Shown: positions 1 through 10,099, counted from the first letter of the stretch. The stretch: DNA of 64,000 nt from an uncultured Candidatus Saccharibacteria bacterium (GCA_964532495.1 CAZHJZ010000001.1:44644-108643), one strand, 5' to 3'. Notes: generated by a model not told the origin, from the letters alone. Made by a program: numbers and translations.

Positions 1-708
1 TTTCATCCACTACTGGACATGCGTTTCGTGGCAATCCGAAATGCTGCGTGGCAATCCAAACTTGGCGGCCCTGATATGTTCCTTTACGCACGCCAATACC
101 GATCTCAGAGTATCGGTCGTTAAGAATGTTTGCTCTATGGCCCGGACTGTTCATCCATGCGTCTACGATGGCTTTAGAGTTGGCAAATGTACCAAGTGCC
201 AAGTTCTCTCCTATCATAATGTATTCATAGCCTGCAGCATCAGCCTGTGTCGCAACAGTTACGCCTGTTGGCGATGTGTGTTCAAAGTAGCTTTTCGCAA
301 ATAAATCGTCAGTCTTGGCTGTTGCTGTAGTATCCAGAGTCTTATTTTCTCGCAACGCAGGCAAATTGCCGTTTGCAGATCGTGCTTGGTTTGTCCAATA
401 GATAATATCTGCTCGAGTGATCCCTGCCGCCTGAGTCGGATTTTCTGTCGGCGCAGGAGTCTTTACTTCAAGCGGCCCTGGTGCTGAGATTTCATTTTCC
501 GGAGTTGCTGTAATATCAAGGATCGGTTTTTTTGAAGTATCCTTATGCTCAATAGTAGAAATTACATTTTCAGCAAAAGTTCCAACTTTTTGTACTACTG
601 GTTTTAATGTATCTCTGAGGCTGTACACAGAGATAAACATACAAATGATCAATAATATATTGCCCAATGTTCGTATCATGGTCAAAGTATACCATTTCCT
701 TGATTGCA
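1..708 (-). CDS. CAP/SCP (PR-1/YkwD-like) domain protein with N-terminal signal anchor; 3' end runs off the window start (partial)
   Basis: Manual minus-strand translation, not in the ORF track because it has no in-window stop. It gives MQSRKWYTLTMIRTLGNILLIICMFISVY..., a TM anchor, then ...SYFEHTSPTGVT...GENLALGTF...AWMNSPGHRANILNDRYSEIGIGV...WIATQHFG, which is the classic CAP-domain signature. The start is ATG at 708 or 678. Confidence 0.7.
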
Positions 709-948
709 TACGACTGATTTGCTATTCCCTGTCCATATATTGACGTATGGTATATTTTTGTGTTCTGGTAAGACTGAAATCCTGCCCAGAGCAAAAGACC
801 CCAAAATACCTAGTATTACAAGGGTTATTAGCACTATTTTCTCCCCTGCCCCGCTGCCCTTGATTTTTTGTCCGATTTCATGTATATTCATCACATCTCG
901 ATTATACGAGGGTTGTATAAAGGAATTTTAAAAACTTACTAAAACGCT

Positions 949-1221
949 ATGGCACATCGAAAAGCGGGCGGAACCGCCCATAACCTCAAGGATTCAAATC
1001 CAAAGTACCTCGGAACCAAGCTCTATGCTGGTGAGAAAGCGCAAGCTGGATCAATCATCATTAGACAGCGCGGAACCAAGATCCTTGCAGGCAAAAACGT
1101 AGGTACTGGTCGTGACTATACTCTCTACGCTCTCAAGCCTGGAACAGTAAAGTTCACAGACAAACGAAAGACGCACTTTGACGGAACTACTTCAGTCAAA
1201 AAAGCTGTACACGTTATCTAA
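949..1221 (+). CDS. rpmA: 50S ribosomal protein L27
   Basis: [24 protein letters not shown]...IIRQRGTK matches the L27 family. 90 aa. Confidence 0.9.
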   Translation: MAHRKAGGTAHNLKDSNPKYLGTKLYAGEKAQAGSIIIRQRGTKILAGKNVGTGRDYTLYALKPGTVKFTDKRKTHFDGTTSVKKAVHVI

Positions 1222-1224
1222 CTA

Positions 1225-1259
1225 AAAAACTCCCTCAGTTTTACTGGCGGAGTTTTTTA
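1225..1259 (+). terminator. rho-independent terminator after rpmA
   Basis: AACTCC-(CAGT ttt ACTG)-GGAGTT nested hairpin followed by TTTTTT, immediately 3' of the rpmA stop. Confidence 0.5.
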
Positions 1260-1334
1260 GTTTGCCGCATAATTGACTATTATTTTTAGCATGGTATGGT
1301 ACTAACAAATCGTTTAACCCTTTAAAACCTTGCT

Positions 1335-2204
1335 ATGAAAAAAGAAGATTACTTGATTTTTATCCGGAGAAAAATATTTTGGCGCAATCTATTGATTGGC
1401 TTATTACTCTATTTCTTGGCAATACCTGTGGGATCACGGTTGCTGCACTTGTACCCTATTAAACCCTTCGCAGGGCTGCTCGTGCTCCTATTTCATCCTT
1501 TTGCAGCCATCTTGGTAACAATGTTTGAGATATGGAAAGGAGTTGACCAGAAAGAAGCCGAGATAATTGTTGCTAAAACAGAAAAGCTTTCGAGCGAGAT
1601 ACAAACAATTGAAAACAATTTGCGTACCCTTAAGAGTACGCCAGTATCTTTTGCTTTTGTTCCTGGCCGCCCATACATATTTCAACTCACTCTGGCTGTT
1701 CCCGCAACATCAAAAGAAGTTCCGAGTGTAACAGTCAATCACCAGCTTGTTACCACTTCGCATACTCCAACCGGCGAACTTCTATGTTATGGCAAACAAG
1801 CTATAAAGATTGATGCGGAAAAACTGGAAATAGTATGCCACAGTGAAAAAAATAACGTCACTGTTCCAAATCCTTACCATATGCATATTACTACAGAGAA
1901 TATCCGCTGGCAGTGCGAAGGACATACACGCGAAAAGAGAATCTATATTGATGGTTCCTGCCTGCTAAGTGCAAAAGATCCTGATGTTCATTATGAGTTT
2001 CAATTGCTTGTAAATGGGACAACAAACGGCATATTCGGCGGCACCTATGACGCTGAGAAAGATAAGCTTATCATCAGCATAGGAACGGTAGACAAACAGG
2101 ACGTAGTAAAAAAAGAATGCTTTATACGCCCATCTTTTGATAAGAAATACAGCATTAAGTTGCCTGAGCCTGAAGTGCTTTCAGTTAACTTTACAAACAT
2201 ATAG
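1335..2204 (+). CDS. hypothetical membrane-anchored protein
   Basis: 289-aa ORF with two N-terminal hydrophobic helices and a Cys-containing extracytoplasmic domain. No recognisable family. Confidence 0.5.
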   Translation: MKKEDYLIFIRRKIFWRNLLIGLLLYFLAIPVGSRLLHLYPIKPFAGLLVLLFHPFAAILVTMFEIWKGVDQKEAEIIVAKTEKLSSEIQTIENNLRTLKSTPVSFAFVPGRPYIFQLTLAVPATSKEVPSVTVNHQLVTTSHTPTGELLCYGKQAIKIDAEKLEIVCHSEKNNVTVPNPYHMHITTENIRWQCEGHTREKRIYIDGSCLLSAKDPDVHYEFQLLVNGTTNGIFGGTYDAEKDKLIISIGTVDKQDVVKKECFIRPSFDKKYSIKLPEPEVLSVNFTNI

Positions 2205-2223
2205 TACGAAATAAATTTTTTGT

Positions 2224-2257
2224 AAAACCGTAAGAGGAATTTCTCTTGCGGTTTTTT
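2224..2257. terminator. bidirectional hairpin terminator between convergent genes
   Basis: AAAACCGtAAGAG-gaatttc-CTCTTgCGGTTTTTT has an A-tract 5' and a T-tract 3'. It lies between the 1335..2204 (+) stop and the 2259..2978 (-) stop. Confidence 0.55.
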
Positions 2258-2258
2258 A

Positions 2259-2978
2259 TTACAAGTTGGCAAGAATATAAATCCCAATAAGCAATATTAA
2301 AATTGCTACTACTTGCTTAAAACGTTTTTCTGGAATTTTTTCCAAAAGACTTCCGCCGATCAATGTACCAGCAAGGACGCCTACCGATCCGATCAAGATC
2401 AGCGGCCAAATAGCCAATAATTCTTTTAACTGAGTGGCAAGATAGACCGGCATGCGGACAATATCTACTAGAAGTGCGATACCTGTTGCGGTTGCGATAA
2501 ATGCCTTTCGGTCGAGCTTGAATCCGAACATCGCAGCCGATCTGATACCACCCTGGTTTCCAACCAATCCTCCGAAAAATCCTGAGATTCCACCCGCGAT
2601 CCACGCAAATACTCCTTTGAAGTGAAGCTTGTCTGACAATCCAGAAAGAATTGAAGCTCCGCTAAACACCAACAGGCAGCCAAAAATAATTGTTAGAATC
2701 TGATTGAAAAGTATATTGTGCAATAATGCTCCGACCAGTCCGCCCGCTGCGCTCATTAGGCCAAAACTAATCAATACTTTCCAATTGACTTCCCTGCGCC
2801 ACAAAACAAAACGAAGCAGCGTGCCAAAGAAATGAATAATGGAAACAGCCGCAACTGCAATTCCGGTTCCTGCGGTGAATGCAAGTACTGGAGTAATAAA
2901 ACTGCCAATACCAAATCCCGCAACACCGGCAACCAGTCCGGCAAGAATTGAAACTACAACAAAAATAAAATCAAACAT
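2259..2978 (-). CDS. TauE/SafE (DUF81) family anion exporter membrane protein
   Basis: 239 aa, polytopic, Gly-rich helices (GLVAGVAGFGIGSF..., GGLVGNQGG...), typical of sulfite-exporter TauE/SafE proteins. Confidence 0.75.
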   Translation of the reverse strand: MFDFIFVVVSILAGLVAGVAGFGIGSFITPVLAFTAGTGIAVAAVSIIHFFGTLLRFVLWRREVNWKVLISFGLMSAAGGLVGALLHNILFNQILTIIFGCLLVFSGASILSGLSDKLHFKGVFAWIAGGISGFFGGLVGNQGGIRSAAMFGFKLDRKAFIATATGIALLVDIVRMPVYLATQLKELLAIWPLILIGSVGVLAGTLIGGSLLEKIPEKRFKQVVAILILLIGIYILANL

Positions 2979-3084
2979 TTAAATATTTAGCTTACTTCTC
3001 TTTGAAAACATCCTCTGCAATATATGATCTGATGCAGCTTTGGCACGAATGAGATTGCATATTGTTAGTCTACTCTATTATGAC

Positions 3085-3468
3085 CTACCTGCAAGTCCCA
3101 AACCATGTATCCGTGCCAGTATAATAGGAAGCGAAATCAATACCATTAGCAGGAAAGCTCAGGTCAAAGTTCTCACGATCTTCTGTTGGCATGTATACGA
3201 AAAATTTATTTTTGTAATTGAATGTCCCTGCCGGATCATAGTTCTTAGTTACGCCAGGAATCTGTTCAACCAGCTGTTCAATAGAAGATGGATACTGTCC
3301 GTTTTTTTCTTTCAACAATTTAATTTTCCCAATAATTTCATTGCCGACGGTTTGCTGCTTATTTATCTTCATGCAACGAATCCCCGTAGGAGTACCAAAG
3401 AAGATGGCGATTATCAGAATAACAACCAGAACAAACAGTCCGAGTATTTTCAAGACCTGTATGATCAT
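3085..3468 (-). CDS. hypothetical small membrane-anchored protein
   Basis: 127-aa ORF with an N-terminal TM helix. Its start lies 6 nt downstream of the rplI stop on the same strand, consistent with an operon. Confidence 0.45.
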   Translation of the reverse strand: MIIQVLKILGLFVLVVILIIAIFFGTPTGIRCMKINKQQTVGNEIIGKIKLLKEKNGQYPSSIEQLVEQIPGVTKNYDPAGTFNYKNKFFVYMPTEDRENFDLSFPANGIDFASYYTGTDTWFGTCR

Positions 3469-3474
3469 AATTTC

Positions 3475-3927
3475 TTACTGTCCGATCACTTTTACCGTCA
3501 ATTCAAATTCCTTCCCGATTTTCTGCTTGTCGCCGATCTTTGCGGTAAATGTTCCTGTTGTATGAACATCGCTCGGAATTTTTATGTATTCCAATCCGAC
3601 AGAAATATTGTGAGTGGTCTGTAATGCCTCACGGATATCAGACTCGTGAATGCCTCCAAAGAGCGCACCCGCAGAGTTTACTTTACGATGAAGCTCGATC
3701 TCTTTGCCGGAAACTCCAGAAAAAGTCTTCAAAAGAAGATCAGTATGGACCTGTTGCTTGTCGATCTTTGCCTGAGCGTCAGTCTTTATCTTATTGATCT
3801 TTTGAGCGGTCGCGACTTCGGCTAATTTCTTGGGAAACAGGAAATTCTGGGCGTAGCCGTCATTGACGTTCTTTACCTCCCCTATCTTGCCGATGCCTTT
3901 GACGTTTTGTAGAAATAGTACTTGCAT
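3475..3927 (-). CDS. rplI: 50S ribosomal protein L9
   Basis: [36 protein letters not shown] matches the conserved L9 N-terminal domain. 150 aa. Confidence 0.85.
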   Translation of the reverse strand: MQVLFLQNVKGIGKIGEVKNVNDGYAQNFLFPKKLAEVATAQKINKIKTDAQAKIDKQQVHTDLLLKTFSGVSGKEIELHRKVNSAGALFGGIHESDIREALQTTHNISVGLEYIKIPSDVHTTGTFTAKIGDKQKIGKEFELTVKVIGQ

Positions 3928-3970
3928 ACTGTGGAATATAGCACATTTACCGAGAGAACAAAAAGGCTCT

Positions 3971-5191
3971 TTATTTGCCTGAGGTTACGTAGAGAACTGC
4001 TCGATCGAGCTGCGCATCATTCTCGCCAAGCTTGTCTCCCTTTGCCGGCTTGATAGCGATATCAGGAGTCAAACCTTTTTCCGAGATAGAAACATTGTTT
4101 GGTGTAAGCCATTTTGCAATGGTGATTTTGACATACGTGTCATCGGTAACAGGAACCAATTCCTGCACTGAACCCTTGCCGAATGTCTGAGCTCCGATAA
4201 GTTTTGCAATGTGGTGTTCTGAAAGCGCACCAGCGAAGATCTCCGACGCCGATGCCGAACCGCCATCAACAAGGATAGCCATTTTCAAATTCGAATCAAA
4301 ACTATTGTAGCCGCGGCTCTTCAAAATGTCTTGTGATTTTTTTGCACCATAGTCTTCTTTTACGATCACTGAACCAGTTGGCAAGAACCAGCTTGCCATA
4401 TCTACCGCAGAATCAAGATAGCCGCCTGGGTTGCCTCGCAAATCGACGATTAATTTTGTATCCCCGCTTGCTTTGAACTTCTGAATCTCATTTCTAAAGA
4501 GCGTTGTCGAGCTAGCATCAAAGCTATATAGGCTGATGACATGAACGCCGCCGGCAAGGATTTTGTGATCAATAGTTGGGATTGAAATAATATCACGGAC
4601 GATCGTCAGTTCTTTTGCAGCTTCATCGCCCTCATGGAGGATAGTGATGCGTACAGTACTGCCTTTTTCTGTTCCTCGCATCATTTCAATAGCTTTATCA
4701 AGCGGAAGGTCGGTTGTTAGCGTATCGTCAATCTTGAGGATCTTGTCTCCTGATTTGATGCCTGCACGTTCTGCTGGAGTATTCTTTATAGGCGCAATAA
4801 CAGTCAGAATCTTATCTTTAATGCCTACTTCCATGCCCACACCAGTGAATTCGCCTTTAATTTGCTCATTAAAGCTCTTTGCGTCCTTTGGTGGGAAGAA
4901 TACCGTATAAGGGTCGTTAAGAGACGCTACGAGGCCCTTGGTAGCCTCCCAGACTCGATCTTGGTCAGTTGCAACGCTAGGATCCAAGGCTTTTTGGTTG
5001 ATGATATTCCAGACTTTCCAGAATGGAGAAAAATCCGCTGTCGTAACGACTTGCGGTTCTTTGTTGGTAACGGCCATTACTCTGTCGATCCACGGACGGC
5101 GCGAGTAACCCGCGTAAGCTCCAATGAAAAAGACGACCGCAAGCACAAGCGTGGTGCTTGCATAAAATGTAAGTTTTTTATTGGATTCCAT
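3971..5191 (-). CDS. ctpA: carboxyl-terminal processing protease (S41 family) with PDZ domain
   Basis: N-terminal TM anchor, a PDZ-like segment, and S41 motifs [21 protein letters not shown] and [14 protein letters not shown]. Confidence 0.85.
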   Translation of the reverse strand: MESNKKLTFYASTTLVLAVVFFIGAYAGYSRRPWIDRVMAVTNKEPQVVTTADFSPFWKVWNIINQKALDPSVATDQDRVWEATKGLVASLNDPYTVFFPPKDAKSFNEQIKGEFTGVGMEVGIKDKILTVIAPIKNTPAERAGIKSGDKILKIDDTLTTDLPLDKAIEMMRGTEKGSTVRITILHEGDEAAKELTIVRDIISIPTIDHKILAGGVHVISLYSFDASSTTLFRNEIQKFKASGDTKLIVDLRGNPGGYLDSAVDMASWFLPTGSVIVKEDYGAKKSQDILKSRGYNSFDSNLKMAILVDGGSASASEIFAGALSEHHIAKLIGAQTFGKGSVQELVPVTDDTYVKITIAKWLTPNNVSISEKGLTPDIAIKPAKGDKLGENDAQLDRAVLYVTSGK

Positions 5192-5298
5192 ATGTCAGCG
5201 TCCATTATCCCAGATATTAGCGATGGGGTCAATCAAATAGAGCTCTATTCTTTTGTGAACGCAGCAGATAATGGCAGGTAGGATACTGCGTCCGTCTA

Positions 5299-5556
5299 TT
5301 ACGAGTGATCTACGACTGATGCGTGTGTGGCGTCGGCCATGCTTTCAGTGTATGTTTTTGTTCGTTCTTCGCGAGCAAGGCGGTGGCGTTCGGCTATGCG
5401 GTATTCTTTATATCCAAGGTAGAGCAAAACTATTCCAGCAATGACACAAATGGTCATTTTCCACGAGGTTGGCAAGCCGACGAATGGCAAAAGGACTAAA
5501 GCAAGTCCGGTAACAGCGGTGGTGCGTGCGTATATCATGAGACAATTATAGCACAA
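5299..5556 (-). CDS. hypothetical small membrane protein
   Basis: 85-aa ORF with two predicted TM helices. No known family. Confidence 0.35.
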   Translation of the reverse strand: MCYNCLMIYARTTAVTGLALVLLPFVGLPTSWKMTICVIAGIVLLYLGYKEYRIAERHRLAREERTKTYTESMADATHASVVDHS

Positions 5557-5571
5557 TTATACTCCCCGCAA

Positions 5572-6327
5572 CTAGGCAGCTGGAGCCACAATAAGCACAA
5601 ACTCTCCTTTTTGCTTAACTGGGGTCTTGGTCAATATATCTATGAGTTCTGAAGCCGTTCCTTCTAACATTTCTTCATGCATTTTTGTCATTTCCCTGCC
5701 GATACAAATTTTGTGCGCAGCAGGCAAAACCTTGGCGAGTGAAGCAAGCGCTTTTAAAATACGATGGGAGGATTCATACGCAACATGAGCAAACGCTGGC
5801 GCTTCTGAAATTTCTCTAAAAAGAGTCTCTCTGCCTTTCTTGTGAGGTATAAATCCATGAAAAATAAAAGCTGCAGCAGAAATACCGCTTATTGAAAGCG
5901 CAGCGGTGATAGCCGACGCCCCAGGAACTGAGACGATCTTGGCGTCTGATCCAAACGTGTCACGAACTTGGCGAACGAGCAGCGTACCCGGATCTGAAAT
6001 TCCTGGTGTTCCCGCATCAGAAATAAGTGCTACATTTTTGCCTTCGCGCAGCGCATCTAGAATGAAGTCAGATTTTCCTGCAGTACTGTGCGCGTTATAG
6101 CTTGCGAATTTTTTCGCCTTAATGCCATGATGAGCAAATAATTTGCCTGAAGTGCGAGTATCCTCGCACAGAACAATATCAGCTTCTGCAAGCACGCGAA
6201 GTGCGCGGAGCGTAATATCTTCCATATTGCCGATAGGCGTGGCGACGATTGACAGTGTTCCCATATGGGACGCACTATAACAAAAAAACCAGAATCCGTC
6301 ATTATACGGTTCCGGTTTTAAATTCAT
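5572..6327 (-). CDS. rsmI: 16S rRNA (cytidine1402-2'-O)-methyltransferase RsmI
   Basis: GTLSIVATPIGNMEDITLRALRVLAEADIVLCEDTR matches the tetrapyrrole-methylase-fold RsmI signature. The true start may be the internal Met at 6264 (MGTLSIV...). Confidence 0.8.
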   Translation of the reverse strand: MNLKPEPYNDGFWFFCYSASHMGTLSIVATPIGNMEDITLRALRVLAEADIVLCEDTRTSGKLFAHHGIKAKKFASYNAHSTAGKSDFILDALREGKNVALISDAGTPGISDPGTLLVRQVRDTFGSDAKIVSVPGASAITAALSISGISAAAFIFHGFIPHKKGRETLFREISEAPAFAHVAYESSHRILKALASLAKVLPAAHKICIGREMTKMHEEMLEGTASELIDILTKTPVKQKGEFVLIVAPAA

Positions 6328-6341
6328 AAAAAATGCATACT

Positions 6342-7163
6342 CTATTCATATGCCTTAGTGCCATATACGTCGAAAATAAATTTATCAATATATCCTTTAA
6401 CGGAACCGAAGGTGGCTTGGATCCAATACGTATTATCATAGAATATCTGATTATAATCGTACGGTTTTTTCTGTTGCTCTTCGACTTTCAATTGATACAG
6501 TTTCTTATTTTCAGGCGATAGCTGCGCTTTGAGCACATCAGTCTGAAGTCTCCACGATTCATACTCATCATCCCTGGCAATTGTCGCATCAGCAATCCGA
6601 TGGATCACGTGCACAAGTTCATGGATGAATGCTGAACCGAGATAGATACTATCGGCGGTAAATAATTTTTCCTGATTAACGGTAATGAGGTATATTTTTC
6701 TACCACTGGAAGTTATAAGTGGGCCAGTAGTATACATAAATATATTTTCCCCCGCGGCAGGTCCTTTTACACGAGCGATAATATCCTTTTGCACGACACA
6801 GAACATGAGGTATGTTTTCTTGGAACTGCCCAGCAGTTGTGGAGTCCCCATGTTGCTATCAGTGCGTCCAGGTACTAATTTCCAATAACTTACATTTGCC
6901 ATCAACTCATGTATCTCTTTTTTTCGCGGACAGTCCGAAGCGAGGAGGAATTTTTCAAACATTCGCTCCGCTGTTTCAGTAACTACCTGCATCCTTTGCA
7001 ATAACTGCGCGCTATCTGCTTGAGACGGTATAAATACAGAATTGATAGGTATGGCCTGAGCCGTATCAATGACCGACCCTCTTGATTGTGGTGCAGGGTC
7101 ATTATGAGAACATGAAATTCCAATCAGCGCGATTAAGGCGCAAACAAGCACTATTTTTTTCAT
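6342..7163 (-). CDS. putative lipoprotein with HExxH motif (possible zinc metallopeptidase)
   Basis: Signal peptide plus lipobox-like MKKIVLVCALIALIGISCS, and an internal HELVHVIH motif. 273 aa. Confidence 0.5.
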   Translation of the reverse strand: MKKIVLVCALIALIGISCSHNDPAPQSRGSVIDTAQAIPINSVFIPSQADSAQLLQRMQVVTETAERMFEKFLLASDCPRKKEIHELMANVSYWKLVPGRTDSNMGTPQLLGSSKKTYLMFCVVQKDIIARVKGPAAGENIFMYTTGPLITSSGRKIYLITVNQEKLFTADSIYLGSAFIHELVHVIHRIADATIARDDEYESWRLQTDVLKAQLSPENKKLYQLKVEEQQKKPYDYNQIFYDNTYWIQATFGSVKGYIDKFIFDVYGTKAYE

Positions 7164-7238
7164 ATTTACGTTTTAATGTGTATGAATACACAATAAAACA
7201 AAACAATATTTATGTCAAACTTTGATTGTGTCAGTGTT

Positions 7239-8297
7239 CTAGAGCTGGATCACCTCTTCCCAGGGCAGCCCTGTCTTCCCAAAATGGCCATATGCTGCTG
7301 TCTGTTCAAATACGGGCTGATCCAATCGGAGACGCTCGATGATCGCTCGCGGTCGGAAATCAAAATGCTTTACTACTAGTTCTGAAATATCCTGCCCTTC
7401 TTCATTGAATGCCAAAATCTGAACCGGCTCTACTCGTCCAATAGCGTAGGAAACTGCAACGAGAGCTTTTTTTGCTAGGCCGTTTGCAACAATATTTTTT
7501 GCAGCAAAACGTGCCATGTATGCGGCTGAACGATCTACCTTTGTTGCGTCCTTTCCAGAAAAAGCGCCTCCGCCATGAGGAGCAAGCCCGCCATACGTAT
7601 CCACCATAATTTTTCGCCCCGTAAGACCTGCATCTGCGTCGAAACCTCCGCTCGTGAATGAGCCGGATGGATTGATGATAAGCTCAACGCCAACAATACT
7701 TCCGAGAACGGGAGTGATTATTCTATCTGTTACTTCGCGCACAATTTCTTCATGAGAAATACCCGAAGCGTGCTGGGTGCTTACAACGACAGTTTTTACT
7801 TTTCCATCTTGGATTGTCACTTGGGTTTTACCATCGGGCATGAGCCACGGAATTATTTTTTCAGTACGTGCTTGTTCAAGCCTGCGAGAAAGAGCATGCG
7901 CGAGAACAACTCCAGTAGGAAGATACTCCGGTGTTTCGTCTGTAGCAAATCCATACATGATTCCCTGATCCCCCGCTCCGCCCACATTTACTTCTTGGGC
8001 AATCTCTGGAGACTGGGTAACCACGCGAGTAGTAATCTCAAGCGGATTCGTGTAACCAATTTTTTTGTAGACATCTTCAGCAATCTTTTTATAATCTACT
8101 TGCGCTGTTGTAGTAACTTCCCCGCCAATGACCAGCAATCCGTGGCAGCCAAAAGCCTCAACCGCAACGCGGCTTTTTGGATCTTCGCGCAACAGTGCGT
8201 CAAGGATTGCATCGGAAATTTGATCGCATACTTTATCAGGATGGCCTGCAGTAACGCTTTCGACGGTATAGGTTTGTAGAAGTGAATCGTTGAACAT
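7239..8297 (-). CDS. metK: S-adenosylmethionine synthetase
   Basis: VESVTAGHPDKVCDQISDAILDA and GGGAFSGKDATKVDRSAAYMAR are the MetK signature motifs. 352 aa. Confidence 0.85.
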   Translation of the reverse strand: MFNDSLLQTYTVESVTAGHPDKVCDQISDAILDALLREDPKSRVAVEAFGCHGLLVIGGEVTTTAQVDYKKIAEDVYKKIGYTNPLEITTRVVTQSPEIAQEVNVGGAGDQGIMYGFATDETPEYLPTGVVLAHALSRRLEQARTEKIIPWLMPDGKTQVTIQDGKVKTVVVSTQHASGISHEEIVREVTDRIITPVLGSIVGVELIINPSGSFTSGGFDADAGLTGRKIMVDTYGGLAPHGGGAFSGKDATKVDRSAAYMARFAAKNIVANGLAKKALVAVSYAIGRVEPVQILAFNEEGQDISELVVKHFDFRPRAIIERLRLDQPVFEQTAAYGHFGKTGLPWEEVIQL

Positions 8298-8302
8298 GAT
8301 AG

Positions 8303-8455
8303 TGGCATTAAAAAAATAAAAACTCTTCCACTAAGAAGAGTTACTTTCGTTATCTTCCCAATGAAGGGCTGGATGGAGCACCTCGCGCGATATTGCTATC
8401 GGCCGGTTGCTGGTGGATCGGTGAGCCAGTGCTCTCCCCACACTCGTGATAATTG
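8303..8455 (-). promoter_or_regulatory. SAM-I (S-box) riboswitch with terminator expression platform in the metK leader
   Basis: Minus-strand RNA reads UUAUC-ACGAGUGUGGGGAGAGCACUGGCUCACCGAUCCACCAGCAACCGG...GGUGCUCCAUCCAGC...GAUAA, which matches the SAM-I core (GAGGGA, UGGCCC, GAUGA, GCAACC, GGUGCUAAUUCC, P1 UUAUC/GAUAA). It is followed by AACUCUUC-uuagug-GAAGAGUU and a U-tract 10 nt before the ATG. Confidence 0.75.
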
Positions 8456-8485
8456 ACCTTATTTAACTAAAAAGAATATACCAAG

Positions 8486-8520
8486 AAAAAAGCATCTTCG
8501 CAAGGAAGACGCTTTTGGTA
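8486..8520 (-). terminator. rho-independent terminator of the 8537..9196 gene
   Basis: Minus strand AGCGTCTTC-cttgc-GAAGATGCT followed by TTTTTT. Confidence 0.55.
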
Positions 8521-8536
8521 TGTTTAGCTCGGGTAT

Positions 8537-9196
8537 TTAGATAACCGACTCAAACGGTATCATTATTCTGAATATAAGTTTGGAAACACTTCCTGAAAAG
8601 ATAACGATATGGTAATCATCATTCTTATTTTCCTCTGAAATTTCGGGAGTATCCATCAAATATACTTCCTGATCTGTTTGGCGATAATGTGTATACGCAT
8701 CTTCACGTATAAGCGTCAGCACAAAATCCCAGCGACCGTCACGTTCTGGCGGCGTAAAATTCCACCCCGTAACGACGGAGGTGTGCGTACTGATTTTCCG
8801 CAGGTTCAGTTCTCCGAAATCATCCTGAGAAGCATTAGGAGCATAGCGAATATCCATATACTCAAATTCTTCCAGGCAGTACTTATCTTCATCAGGTATA
8901 GCGCTTACTATGTGATGCAGAAAAGCCGGGTTTATTTTTTGTATGAGGTGAGCATTGAAACCAGAATCTTCAAATAGAGGCTTGGGTACATCAATGCAAT
9001 ACTGAGGCCCGAGAACCATAATCTTACCCTGAGAATCTTTAATGCCTTTCGTGTGCTTTCGTCCTGTAAGTATCTTTGATACCCCGAAACCCAACGCCGG
9101 ATACTGCAATTTAAATTTTTCAACCACTGCAGCAAGCGCCGCATACACCGGATCTAGCTTTAAAAATTCAAGAGTATTTGAATTGGGGTTTGTCAT
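8537..9196 (-). CDS. hypothetical protein
   Basis: 219-aa ORF with no overlaps, its own terminator, and no recognisable family. Confidence 0.5.
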   Translation of the reverse strand: MTNPNSNTLEFLKLDPVYAALAAVVEKFKLQYPALGFGVSKILTGRKHTKGIKDSQGKIMVLGPQYCIDVPKPLFEDSGFNAHLIQKINPAFLHHIVSAIPDEDKYCLEEFEYMDIRYAPNASQDDFGELNLRKISTHTSVVTGWNFTPPERDGRWDFVLTLIREDAYTHYRQTDQEVYLMDTPEISEENKNDDYHIVIFSGSVSKLIFRIMIPFESVI

Positions 9197-9243
9197 GTAA
9201 GGTAATTTTCTTCAACGTACCTTTTTGGAGCGATACTGTCAAA

Positions 9244-9603
9244 CTATTTATTTTCTACAATTTCAGCATCTCGAACATGAGCCTGGGTATCCTGCATTTC
9301 ATGAAGTTTTTTTGAACGCTTAATAGCGCTCCTAATGGTGCTGTAAATGAGGTAGATAACCGAGCCCGCCGTTCCATAGACAATAACGAACAGCCAGAAG
9401 AAAAAGCGCGCAAGCCCAGATGGTTCTCCGAGCACATGCGTGTACGAAAGGATAAAAAGAAAGGCAATAAACAGAGCAAGAATAATAACGGGAACAATAA
9501 GTGCTCCTATCACCGCTTCTTTTACCTGGCCCTTAGCAAAACCTTTTGGATCGGCAATGCCTTCTTTTGCCATTTTATGCAGTTGGAATATTTTGAATAC
9601 CAT
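9244..9603 (-). CDS. hypothetical small membrane protein (2 TM)
   Basis: 119-aa ORF with two hydrophobic helices. Confidence 0.4.
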   Translation of the reverse strand: MVFKIFQLHKMAKEGIADPKGFAKGQVKEAVIGALIVPVIILALFIAFLFILSYTHVLGEPSGLARFFFWLFVIVYGTAGSVIYLIYSTIRSAIKRSKKLHEMQDTQAHVRDAEIVENK

Positions 9604-9626
9604 TCGCTGTAGCTACCGTTAACTAA

Positions 9627-10034
9627 TTAATATCCGATCGCCTTAGCAATAAAGAATACGATTGTTGCGACTGCACCGCTCAAGATTGTTCCCCATATGA
9701 TATCAACTGGCACAATCTGCCATGCGAAGTTTTTGAGAATTGCCCAGTTTGTCAGATCATATGTCATATATGCCATAAAACCGATAGCCGCGCCGTTACC
9801 CAAGGCAAGCATCCATGAGTTTGATTGGAGGGCTGGGAATATCGCAAAGTACAAAAGGCCTGCGGCGTAAAAAAGATAAAAGAGAATAACAGCAGGAAAA
9901 ACGACTGTGCTTCTCATAATTGGACCAAGATAGGCCGCATAAAACTTTTTTGAAATCACGCCCAGCCAGAATAAATCCAAGACGAGTAAAATTGGTGCTG
10001 TAATAATGTATGTTATAAAAATTTTCATACGCAT
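9627..10034 (-). CDS. small polytopic membrane protein (DUF2177-like)
   Basis: 135 aa with four hydrophobic segments. The size and topology resemble the DUF2177 family; this assignment is from memory. Confidence 0.45.
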   Translation of the reverse strand: MRMKIFITYIITAPILLVLDLFWLGVISKKFYAAYLGPIMRSTVVFPAVILFYLFYAAGLLYFAIFPALQSNSWMLALGNGAAIGFMAYMTYDLTNWAILKNFAWQIVPVDIIWGTILSGAVATIVFFIAKAIGY

Positions 10035-10043
10035 ATTATACCA

Positions 10044-10072
10044 TAAAAAAGAGCGCGCCTATGCTGGCGCGC
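10044..10072 (-). terminator. GC-rich hairpin terminator downstream of the 10100..11065 gene
   Basis: GAGCGCGCC-tatgct-GGCGCGCTC, with a T-tract following on the minus strand. Confidence 0.6.
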
Positions 10073-10099
10073 TCCGCGGTAACTCAATATCTGTATTCT

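Noticed and set aside
682-894. 70-aa minus-strand ORF (MMNIHEIGQKIKGSG...) upstream of the CAP-domain gene
   Set aside because: It is in a different frame from the CAP gene, which has its own in-frame ATG and an upstream stop, and it has no support beyond one hydrophobic stretch. It is possibly a tiny leader peptide, but there is no evidence.
7752-8279. 175-aa plus-strand ORF inside metK; similar antisense ORFs at 28699..29358 (inside mreC) and 30074..30745 (inside proS/mreB)
   Set aside because: Each lies entirely antisense to a well-supported conserved gene, and none shows domain-like sequence. They are spurious.
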